64,000 nt of DNA from Trichormus sp. ATA11-4-KO1. GTDB taxonomy: Bacteria; Cyanobacteriota; Cyanobacteriia; Cyanobacteriales; Nostocaceae. A model generated the notes under the pieces. It searched no databases, was not told where the DNA came from, and saw only the letters and a list, made by a program, of their open reading frames with translations. Positions within the stretch are counted from its first letter, which is position 1; every line of letters starts with the position of its first letter. A program made the translations under genes and the position numbers. The stretch lies in NCBI GenBank assembly GCA_019358915.1, contig JAHHIM010000013.1:41080-105079 (forward strand), read 5' to 3'. Shown here in pieces: positions 55,741-64,000 of this stretch.

Positions 55741-55838
55741 ACTCAGTGCTGAGTGCTAAGAAAAGTTTTGGGCGAATATAATAGAGCCTCCAGCACGCTC
55801 CGCGGTAAGCGCAGCTATGCCCTTTAGGGCTTTACGCT

Positions 55839-55936
55839 ACTACACAAACAAAGTCCGCCTGCGCGGACTAACACAAAATTAGGCATTTGAAACCCACGGA
55901 GGTGGGTTTTGTCTGTGTAGCGATTTCTAATCGCCA
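55839..55936. repeat. REP-like composite palindromic element
   Basis: CTACACAAACAAA/TTTGTCTGTGTAG arms, AGTCCGCCTGCGCGGACT and AAACCCACGGAGGTGGGTTT hairpins. Confidence 0.7.
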
Positions 55937-56117
55937 GGGCTGGTATTAATTTAGACTTTTCAAACAACCTCTAAGGTTTCCTCAAATTGATGTACGAATA
56001 TAGCCTGTAAAATTGATTGAGCAATGCATACAGGCTATATTTAGTCAAATAAAATTATTACAAGTGATGAAAACTGCTCATCATTAAACATTTAAAAATA
56101 TTGGTAGATCCATAATC

Positions 56118-57050
56118 ATGAGCATTATTGTCTTTGGCAGCATCAATATAGACTTAGTAGCAACAACGCCCCGGTTGCCAGTTGCGGGAGAAACATTGCT
56201 GGGCGAAGATTTTTTCAAAATACCGGGAGGCAAAGGTGCAAATCAAGCAGTAGCCTTGGCGCGACTGGGAATTCCTACTCAGATGGTAGGACGTGTAGGC
56301 GCACACAGTTTTGGTGCAGAACTTGTGCATAATTTGCAAGTTGCTGGTGTGCAAACTGATAATATCTTAATTGATGAGACCGTTAGTTCTGGGGTCGCCA
56401 TCATCACTGTAGATCATGCAGGTGAAAACCAAATCGTAGTAATTCCTGGTGCAAACGGGCGTGTTAATCAAGAAGATATAGAGCGATTATCTCACTTATT
56501 CCCAACAGCTACAGCACTGCTTTTACAACTAGAAATTCCCATTATTGCCGTATTAGCAGCAGCCCAAGCAGCAAAAAATGCAAATCTCAAAGTAATTTTA
56601 GATCCTGCACCTGTGCAAACGAATTTACCTAATGAAATATATCCATTAGTAGACATTATTACACCCAACGAAGTTGAAGCAGGGCAATTGGTGGGTTTTC
56701 CAGTAGATAATCAAGAATCGGCAATCAAGGCAGCTAAAGTTTTATTACAACGGGGTGTGAAATGTGCGATCATCAAGTTAGGTGCAAAAGGTGTAATTTG
56801 TGCTACTACTGAAGAAATATTCTTTTTCCCAGCTTTCCCCATTGATGCAATTGATACTGTTGCGGCTGGTGACGCTTTCAATGGTGGTTTAGCAGCCGCA
56901 TTTTTTACAGGACTTTCTTTACATCAGGCGGTTGTTTGGGGTTCAGCCGCAGGCGCTTTAGCCGCAACAACAATGGGCGCACAAACTTCGTTACCTGATA
57001 AGGTGACGTTTGATTCTTTCCTCAAAGAAAGGGAGATTTATAATTCGTAA
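56118..57050 (+). CDS. rbsK: ribokinase
   Basis: GSINIDL, GGKGANQAVA, PNEVE, DTVAAGDAF. Confidence 0.93.
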   Translation: MSIIVFGSINIDLVATTPRLPVAGETLLGEDFFKIPGGKGANQAVALARLGIPTQMVGRVGAHSFGAELVHNLQVAGVQTDNILIDETVSSGVAIITVDHAGENQIVVIPGANGRVNQEDIERLSHLFPTATALLLQLEIPIIAVLAAAQAAKNANLKVILDPAPVQTNLPNEIYPLVDIITPNEVEAGQLVGFPVDNQESAIKAAKVLLQRGVKCAIIKLGAKGVICATTEEIFFFPAFPIDAIDTVAAGDAFNGGLAAAFFTGLSLHQAVVWGSAAGALAATTMGAQTSLPDKVTFDSFLKEREIYNS

Positions 57051-57088
57051 TTCGTAATTATACTTTTGTTCCCTGTTCCCTTTTAAAA

Positions 57089-57520
57089 CTATTTACCTAT
57101 ATCTTCGTTCCATAGTTCGGGATTAGTATCAATAAATTCACTCATCATGTGTTCGCATTCGTCCAGATTTAAATCAATTACTTCCACGCCGTGGGATACC
57201 ATAAATTCTTTAGCACCTGGAAAGGTTCTCGATTCTCCGGCGATGACTTTTTTAATGCCAAATTGTACAACTGCCCCAGCGCACAAATAGCAAGGCATTA
57301 AGGTTGAATATAATGTTGTACCTCTGTAGCTACCGACTCTCCCAGCATTGCGGAGACAATCTATTTCCGCATGGGTGACAGGATCATCGTCTTGTACACG
57401 CTTGTTGTGTCCTCTACCGATAACTTTGCCATCCTTGACAAGAATAGAACCGATGGGAATGCCACCTTCTTTTCTACCTTGTTTTGCTTCGGCGATCGCA
57501 GCTTCCATAAATTCATCCAT
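57089..57520 (-). CDS. cytosine/nucleoside deaminase (zinc, CDA fold)
   Basis: HAE, PCYLC, WNEDIG tail as in yeast-type cytosine deaminases; AGGAG RBS. Confidence 0.88.
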   Translation of the reverse strand: MDEFMEAAIAEAKQGRKEGGIPIGSILVKDGKVIGRGHNKRVQDDDPVTHAEIDCLRNAGRVGSYRGTTLYSTLMPCYLCAGAVVQFGIKKVIAGESRTFPGAKEFMVSHGVEVIDLNLDECEHMMSEFIDTNPELWNEDIGK

Positions 57521-57537
57521 TTGTGAATTCTCCTAAT

Positions 57538-58461
57538 ATGTCAAAACAACTCGTATTAATGGATCATGATGGCGGTGTAGATGATTATCTAGCAACTATG
57601 CTGCTGTTGACGATGGATCATATAGAACTTCTCGGTGTCGTCGTCACCCCAGCCGACTGCTATATCCAACCAGCTGTTAGTGCTACACGTAAAATTCTCG
57701 ATTTGATGGGATTTTCTCACATCCCAGTGGCAGAAAGCACTGTGCGCGGTATTAATCCTTTTCCCCGTCTCTATCGTCGTGATTCCTTTATTGTTGACCA
57801 TCTGCCAATTCTTAATCAAAGCGAATTTATCAACACGCCTTTGGTGACAGCAGCAGGTCAAGATTTTATGATCCAAGTTTTACGGAAAGCACCTGCACCA
57901 GTAACACTGATGGTAACTGGGCCATTAACAACGGTAGCAGTAGCGCTGGATAAAGCACCGGATATTGCAGCCAAGATAGAAAAGATAGTCTGGATGGGAG
58001 GTGCGTTGAATGTCCCTGGTAACGTCGAAAAAAGTTTAGAAGCAGGACAAGACGGTTCCGCCGAATGGAATGTTTATTGGGATGCAATTTCCGCCGCGCG
58101 AGTTTGGCAAACCCAAATTGAAATTATTATGTGTCCTTTAGATTTAACTAATACTGTGCCAGTCACATCACATTTAGTCCAAAAAATGGGAAAACAACGC
58201 CATTATCCCATCTCTGATTTAGCCGGACAATGTTACGCCCTGGTCATTCCCCAAGATTATTATTTCTGGGATGTCCTAGCAACTGCTTACCTAGGACACC
58301 CAGAATTTTATCAACTACGCGCATGGGAAACAGAAATTATTACCACTGGCCCCAGTCAGGGAAGAACTAAGGTAGTCCCTGGCGAACGCAAAATTTATGC
58401 AATGGATACAGTAGATAAAGATGCATTTTATGCTTACATCTTACAGCAATGGGCGCGTTGA
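57538..58461 (+). CDS. nucleoside hydrolase (IAG-like)
   Basis: DHDGGVDD, TGPLT, WMGG, AEWNVYWD, YYFWD. Confidence 0.92.
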   Translation: MSKQLVLMDHDGGVDDYLATMLLLTMDHIELLGVVVTPADCYIQPAVSATRKILDLMGFSHIPVAESTVRGINPFPRLYRRDSFIVDHLPILNQSEFINTPLVTAAGQDFMIQVLRKAPAPVTLMVTGPLTTVAVALDKAPDIAAKIEKIVWMGGALNVPGNVEKSLEAGQDGSAEWNVYWDAISAARVWQTQIEIIMCPLDLTNTVPVTSHLVQKMGKQRHYPISDLAGQCYALVIPQDYYFWDVLATAYLGHPEFYQLRAWETEIITTGPSQGRTKVVPGERKIYAMDTVDKDAFYAYILQQWAR

Positions 58462-58494
58462 ACTCATCTTTGCGGCTTTGCGCGAGATAAAAAC

Positions 58495-59784
58495 CTAAGG
58501 ATAAAGACCCCTATCAGCCAACGCCTGGGCAACTCTACCCACACCCAAGGTATAGGCTGCTAACCGTAAAGGAATTTTCCTGACCCGCGACTGCTCAATC
58601 ACTTGGCGATAAGCTTGCACCATCAAATATTCCATTTCCCGATTAACACGTTCTTCATCCCAAAATACATAAGAAAGACCTTGCACCCATTCCAAATAAC
58701 TAACCACAACACCGCCAGCATTGGCCAGGATGTCTGGTAACACAGTCACGCCATGCGCTTCGAGGAATTGGTTAGCTTCCAAAGTCACAGGCCCATTAGC
58801 TGCTTCTGCAACAATTTGCGCTTGCACTTGACTCACATTGTCTTTAGTGATTTGATTTTCCAAAGCTGCTGGGATTAAAACATCGCAAGGCAAAGTTAGT
58901 AAATCTGCGTTACTAATTGGTTCTGCTTGGGGAAAACCCACAACACTCCTGCGATTTTCAGCAGCATAGGCTTTCAATGCTGGAATATCAAGCCCATCGG
59001 CAGCAAAAATTCCCCCTGCACCTGTGGAAACAGCTATGATTTTAGCCCCCAATTGATGTAACAATGCAGCTGCTGCACCCCCTACATTCCCGAAACCTTG
59101 AATAACTACTTGCGTTCCCGCCACAGATTTACCTTGCTCTTTCAGTGCTTCACGGACAGTAATCATTACACCGCGTCCGGTTGCCATTTCTCTTCCCCGC
59201 GAACCGCCAATAGAAATCGGCTTACCAGTGACAACTCCTGGAACAGCATGACCAACGTTCACAGAATAAGTATCCATCATCCAAGCCATTTCTCTGGCAG
59301 AAGTACCCATGTCTGGTGCAGGGATATCTACGGAAGGGCCAATATCTTTAATTAACTCGCTGATATAGCGACGACTGATTCTTTCTAGTTCACCGACACT
59401 ATAACTTTTTGGATTTATGGCAATACCTCCCTTAGCACCACCATAAGGTATACCTAACAATGCACACTTCCAAGTCATGAGCATTGCCAGTGCTGACACT
59501 TCCCGCAATGTCACAGCCGGATGGTAACGAATTCCTCCTTTATAGGGGCCTAAAATATCAGAGTGCTGCACCCGATGTCCGGCAAGAACCTGCACTTCTC
59601 CATTATCCAATTTCACAGGAATAGAAACGGTTACTACTTTGCGGGGATGGCTAAGAATTTGCAGTACACCTTGATCTAGCTTTAATTCTTTACCTGCCGC
59701 ATCTAAGTAACTACAAGCTTGATCAAATGGACAAATATGCGCTGGAGTAGCAGCTTCCAGTGGTTGCAGAGGCGTTGCAATCAT
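58495..59784 (-). CDS. gdhA: glutamate dehydrogenase
   Basis: GPYKGG, GGAKGG, APDMGT, GFGNVG, EAANGP, NAGGV. Confidence 0.92.
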   Translation of the reverse strand: MIATPLQPLEAATPAHICPFDQACSYLDAAGKELKLDQGVLQILSHPRKVVTVSIPVKLDNGEVQVLAGHRVQHSDILGPYKGGIRYHPAVTLREVSALAMLMTWKCALLGIPYGGAKGGIAINPKSYSVGELERISRRYISELIKDIGPSVDIPAPDMGTSAREMAWMMDTYSVNVGHAVPGVVTGKPISIGGSRGREMATGRGVMITVREALKEQGKSVAGTQVVIQGFGNVGGAAAALLHQLGAKIIAVSTGAGGIFAADGLDIPALKAYAAENRRSVVGFPQAEPISNADLLTLPCDVLIPAALENQITKDNVSQVQAQIVAEAANGPVTLEANQFLEAHGVTVLPDILANAGGVVVSYLEWVQGLSYVFWDEERVNREMEYLMVQAYRQVIEQSRVRKIPLRLAAYTLGVGRVAQALADRGLYP

Positions 59785-59879
59785 AAAATTTTCTCCTAAT
59801 CACGGTATCTTCGCGCACCGGATGTTGATATGCCTAATACGCCTAGCTTATCCCTTTTTGATGAGAAAAGGAGAAATTT

Positions 59880-59895
59880 TGTAGTTTCTGTTACA
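59880..59895. promoter_or_regulatory. NtcA-consensus site upstream of gdhA
   Basis: TGTA-GTTTCTGT-TACA (GTA-N8-TAC) about 96 bp before the start. Confidence 0.6.
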
Positions 59896-60028
59896 ATTTT
59901 ATTTTTTCTTAGTATTTTTGAGAATCCTATTGAGAGGATAGCGATCGCGTAGGGCATTGGCGATTAAGATCATTAAAGATTGAAGCAGCCTTCATGAAAA
60001 AGGGGCTAAGAACTAGGTACGCAGAGTT

Positions 60029-61522
60029 TTAGATAAAGACTTCAGTAGTGAAGTTTCCATGCAGACCATAGGGAATATGATGTTTGAGATGTAGTCTGGC
60101 AATGGCACCTCTATTAAAATCACTGGCATCTAAAATAACTACGTCTGAGCGATGATGGGCAGCATCATACACCAAAGCTAGTACCCAGCCATCATCTTCT
60201 TTTTCTGCACTTGGGCGGAGGACAAAAATCGGCTCACCGATAAAACCACGGGGTGCGGCACTCCAAAGTTGTCTTTCTCCAGATTTTAAATCAATTTTTA
60301 GTAATGCTTGTAAAGGCGCATTACCAGTTTCTGCATAAGCCGCACCTATGTATAAATACTGATAATTGCGTCCTACATGTTCAGAATTTATACTAGAAAA
60401 TTCACAACAACGGCTTTCAATCATCTCCTGTTGTACTATCTCACTTTCCCAATTAAGACGAAATCGCCACAGTTGACCAGGTGAATTAGTCTCAAAATTA
60501 ACTTGCCGAAAATCGCTTTCTGGCTCCACTTCTGGTAAGGATTCGTAACAAATTGAGTCAATCACAATTTCATCTCCCACCTCAAAAGCATTCGCGTGGT
60601 GAAAGACAAAGCCAGATTGAGTTTCCCAGAATTTAACTTTTGTTTGCCCTGATTGAGAGTTACGGGGAATCACTATTACACGAGTTGCTTGATGGGGCTG
60701 AAACTTAATACATTCTCCGGCTGCACGTATCCCTGCAACTAAAGGTATGGGGTTGAAGGTAACAGGATTTTGAAAGAAAATGCAGTAATTGGGAGTAATA
60801 ACAAAATCGTGGATGAAGCAGAAACCTGGAATACTGTGAGCGTGTTTTCTCACAACTTCTCCTGCTGGGTTTAGCTCAAAAATAGTAATTGTAGTGGATA
60901 GTCCTGGTTTAATTGAGAAATTAACCAAACAAGGTGCGCCTTCATCTTGGTTGGAACTAGGGTCAAACCGTGGATGCGCGCTGAAAGCTTCACCTGCTGA
61001 TAAAACACCGTTAAAATATTCTTTTCCTAGGGTTTCCAAAGTATGAGGATCAAGTTGATGAGGTTCAGCTGCTTCCCATAATGCCAAGAGTTTACCACCC
61101 CAATAAATCACGTTGGTGTTGGCAATATTTTTGATTTTAAGGTCGAATATATTAGCTAACCAACCCCCAGGTTTTTGAGTACCAAACACACCCCGATGCA
61201 AAATTTTACCAGCTTTTTGTTCGGCTAAATAGCCTTCAGTGCGGACAAAGCGGTTGCGGTAATGGGCGCGGCCATTCACAAAGCTGATGCGGCTAATCAT
61301 ACCATCACCATCAAAGGGATGATGAATGGGTTGTCCATTGATATCGAGTAAACCGGGGCCATTTCTAAATAACGTACCTTGCAGTTCCGGGGGAATTTGT
61401 CCCTCTATATCATCAATCCAATAATCAAATTCTTGGGTAAGAGATTGATATCCTCCCTGCCAATCTGCACGGGTGTAGGATTTTTCTGGAATTGCACGTT
61501 TTTCTGGTTTTAAACTCTGCAT
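60029..61522 (-). CDS. carotenoid cleavage oxygenase (RPE65 family)
   Basis: FRNGPG, HPFDGDG, SAHP, FIHDF, FHHANA, GLHG iron ligands. Confidence 0.92.
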   Translation of the reverse strand: MQSLKPEKRAIPEKSYTRADWQGGYQSLTQEFDYWIDDIEGQIPPELQGTLFRNGPGLLDINGQPIHHPFDGDGMISRISFVNGRAHYRNRFVRTEGYLAEQKAGKILHRGVFGTQKPGGWLANIFDLKIKNIANTNVIYWGGKLLALWEAAEPHQLDPHTLETLGKEYFNGVLSAGEAFSAHPRFDPSSNQDEGAPCLVNFSIKPGLSTTITIFELNPAGEVVRKHAHSIPGFCFIHDFVITPNYCIFFQNPVTFNPIPLVAGIRAAGECIKFQPHQATRVIVIPRNSQSGQTKVKFWETQSGFVFHHANAFEVGDEIVIDSICYESLPEVEPESDFRQVNFETNSPGQLWRFRLNWESEIVQQEMIESRCCEFSSINSEHVGRNYQYLYIGAAYAETGNAPLQALLKIDLKSGERQLWSAAPRGFIGEPIFVLRPSAEKEDDGWVLALVYDAAHHRSDVVILDASDFNRGAIARLHLKHHIPYGLHGNFTTEVFI

Positions 61523-61653
61523 ATATTTATTTATATTATTCATGAAAAAATTGGCGTTGCTGATTGAAAGACAGTAGTTCTGAGTCCGAGTAATTTTAAT
61601 TTTTTCACTCAGCACTCCCCTTCGACTTCGCTCAGGGCAAGCGCACTCAGCAC

Positions 61654-63105
61654 TCAGCACTTCTTTTGTGATTCAAATGCTTCTGAGTCTGATTCTCTCA
61701 ACATCAATTCCGACATTAAATCAGGTAAAAATGGTTGTTCTTTATCTGTTACTGAAGCTGGTTGTAATGTCGGTGTCTCGGCTTGCGGGTCGTTCGCTGG
61801 TAGCCAGTTAATAAATGGCAGTGGTAACAGTGTGCTGAGGTTAGTAATAATCACTAACAGCCACAGTGACTCAAAGTTAGTTTCGGTGATTCCCAACCAA
61901 TGCATGATCATAGCCCCAAATTCATAGGAAACCATTGCTGCTAGGTTCGATACCGACATCAATAAGGCAAATAATGTAGCTTCTACACCTGGGGGACACA
62001 ATCTTGCTGCTAGTACCAAAACTGGCATATAGGCGATTTGCCCCATAACGGTAAGGATGAGACTGTCGCCTAAACTAAACCAGTGGTCATCTATACCCAA
62101 AACTCGGTTTGTGTGAGTTACCAGTAGCAGCATTGTCATTCCCAAAATGGCTGAGAGGACTGTACTCCAAGCAAAAATCACGCGAAAGGAAACACTTTTA
62201 AGGAACCGTTGAAAAATCCAAATACCGATTAATGAAGCACCACTGGTAACTAGTCGCACCCTACCTAAAAATTCTGGTTGAAAGTGGAGTTCGTTGGTGC
62301 TGAAGAAGAAAAAGGCTGCATCGGCTGTTGGGGTGGCTAGCCAGACAAATACAAATGCTGTGGGTAGCCAAATTGCTTTTTGAGTAATGGCTTGGCGTAG
62401 TTGCTTGATTTGATGCTTGGTGCTAAGGGAATTTTGACTATGACTATCTGGGGAATTTTTGTTGACCGGGGTTTCGGCAATTAACCAAGCTACAGCTGAG
62501 ACAATCAGAGGAAATGAAGCGGTAATCCAAAATACAGTGCGGGTGGTGAAATGTTCAAGAAGTAACCCACTAAAATAGGCTGTAAGTAAGCCTCCCAGTG
62601 CAGAAGCACCCCAGCACAAAGATTGTAGCGAACCCGCATCTGCTTGGGATTCTACTCTGGCTCGTTCGACAACTAGGGAATCAACGATGACATCGCTGAC
62701 AGCAACGGAGAGGGAACCGAGAGCGATCGCTAGCGTAGCCGCCCAGCTAGTATGAACTATAGTTGCCAAACTTACCCAAGAAATAGCTCCCAGTATCCCA
62801 GATAGTACCAAATATGGTCTTCGGCGGTAACCGAATATGGGCAAGCCATCGGAGATAAAGCCAAACACTGGCTTGATAATCCAAGGTAAGGCGACAATTC
62901 CCAATAGCGCCGAAACTTGAGCCGGACTCAGTAATAATTCATCTTTGAGAAAAAAGCTGACTGCTAGACGCGCCAGCCCTAAAATTCCTTGGACGAAGTA
63001 GACAGTAAGAATGGCAATTAATTCAGCACTGGGTTCATGGCCGAAGAATATCTTGCTTTTCACTGAGTCTTTGACCTTGGACAAGCCGGGGGTGTCAATC
63101 AGCAT
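61654..63105 (-). CDS. folate/biopterin (BT1/FBT) MFS transporter
   Basis: LPWIIKPVFGFISDGLPIFGYRRRPY, CPPGVEATLFALLMS. Confidence 0.92.
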   Translation of the reverse strand: MLIDTPGLSKVKDSVKSKIFFGHEPSAELIAILTVYFVQGILGLARLAVSFFLKDELLLSPAQVSALLGIVALPWIIKPVFGFISDGLPIFGYRRRPYLVLSGILGAISWVSLATIVHTSWAATLAIALGSLSVAVSDVIVDSLVVERARVESQADAGSLQSLCWGASALGGLLTAYFSGLLLEHFTTRTVFWITASFPLIVSAVAWLIAETPVNKNSPDSHSQNSLSTKHQIKQLRQAITQKAIWLPTAFVFVWLATPTADAAFFFFSTNELHFQPEFLGRVRLVTSGASLIGIWIFQRFLKSVSFRVIFAWSTVLSAILGMTMLLLVTHTNRVLGIDDHWFSLGDSLILTVMGQIAYMPVLVLAARLCPPGVEATLFALLMSVSNLAAMVSYEFGAMIMHWLGITETNFESLWLLVIITNLSTLLPLPFINWLPANDPQAETPTLQPASVTDKEQPFLPDLMSELMLRESDSEAFESQKKC

Positions 63106-63434
63106 TTGATAAATATTTTTTAAGTTTTATCTACTTTTCTATCATATCGATTTCTCTTAATCACGGAGTGGTTCGTCCACTTGCTTAGGTAACCAGGCGC
63201 GTTGGTCTCCTGATTTGAAGGGATTGGCTGAGTTAACGAAGTCAGAGGGAAGTTCCGATGAAACGAGTTTCACAGCCAAGTATGAAAGAGAGACTAGAAG
63301 CTAGAGACTGGAATTTTTACTCAGCACTCAGTACTCCCCTTCGACTTCGCTCAGGACAAGCCTTCTGACTCCAACAGCACTTCCTTCTTTAAGTACTTGG
63401 TACCAGCAAAGCGAATTGTGGGTGGTCTTTTCAC

Positions 63435-64000
63435 TCAGCACTCTTGATGATTGATTATACTCATTGCTTCCATAATTTGCTCAAACTGAAAGTTATGAGC
63501 TAAATCTGTTAAATAGTTATTTAGCACTGCATTTTCTGAAGGAATTTTTTCAAGTAATTGTAAAATTAAGTCATCGCTGCATTGAGCCGCAGCATTATAT
63601 ACTTTTGCTATCCATTCATCTGACATTTGAGATAATAAAGTTAGTAATTCATCGGTTGTCAAAATTTGTTTTTTGGTTGGGATTCTTGAGTCTAATATGG
63701 GGTAAAATTCTGGTTGATAGATATATTGGATTCCCAGATATTGGCTGATTTTTTCTAATATTTCTTCCTCTCGAAAAGGCTTGTTAATTAAATCATCACA
63801 ACCTGTTGCCATCATGGACTCTCGTTGTTCCTCAAAAGCGTTGGCAGTCAAGGCAATAATGATTGAATTAGGCTTGATTTTGCTAGCTTTAATGATTCTT
63901 GTAGCTTCGTAACCATCCATCACAGGCATCCGCATATCCATGAAAATCAGGTGTGGTTGCCATGCCATCCATTGAGCGATCGCTTCTTGACCATTTGCCG
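63435..64000 (-). CDS. C-terminal receiver domain of a (hybrid) signalling protein; 5' part outside window
   Basis: LIFMDMRMPVMDG, LTANA, INKPF. Confidence 0.85.
   Translation of the reverse strand, partial: ANGQEAIAQWMAWQPHLIFMDMRMPVMDGYEATRIIKASKIKPNSIIIALTANAFEEQRESMMATGCDDLINKPFREEEILEKISQYLGIQYIYQPEFYPILDSRIPTKKQILTTDELLTLLSQMSDEWIAKVYNAAAQCSDDLILQLLEKIPSENAVLNNYLTDLAHNFQFEQIMEAMSIINHQEC

Noticed and set aside
61523..61660. N-terminal extension of the carotenoid oxygenase in the ORF track (similar extensions for dapL, GNAT, ABC ATPase and 50651)
   Set aside because: The extensions run through repeat, attC or promoter sequence; downstream ATGs fit the family starts better.

Overview
Chromosomal window of a filamentous heterocyst-type (Nostocales-like) cyanobacterium, judged from the abundant HIP1 octamer GCGATCGC, heptamer tandem repeats, small dispersed repeats, petBD, cpcS and nucA/nuiA. 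Most genes are housekeeping or conserved cyanobacterial genes (ilvC, dapL, ctpA, petBD, thiC with a TPP riboswitch, murD, glyS, clpR/clpP, rbsK, gdhA). Best candidate for an undescribed system: an atypical sigma-70-like gene plus a DUF1822-like gene (26016-28452). Its divergent promoter region carries the motif TGCATAAA-N13-ACCTA-N7-AGTGRAGGSGTTSAA, which recurs with identical spacing about 21 kb away, upstream of two uncharacterised secreted-protein genes (49116, 50621). This suggests an alternative-sigma regulon of exported proteins, including a possible beta-hairpin pore former and a VirB10/TrbI-like protein. Other notable items: integrase-less integron-type cassettes (toxin-antitoxin-like pair and GNAT, with an attC-like site), a GC-rich, probably horizontally acquired ilvD, strand-interleaved nucleoside-salvage genes, large RNA structures around petD, and repeats that supply gene stop codons. 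All family names come from recognising motifs by eye, not from database searches.
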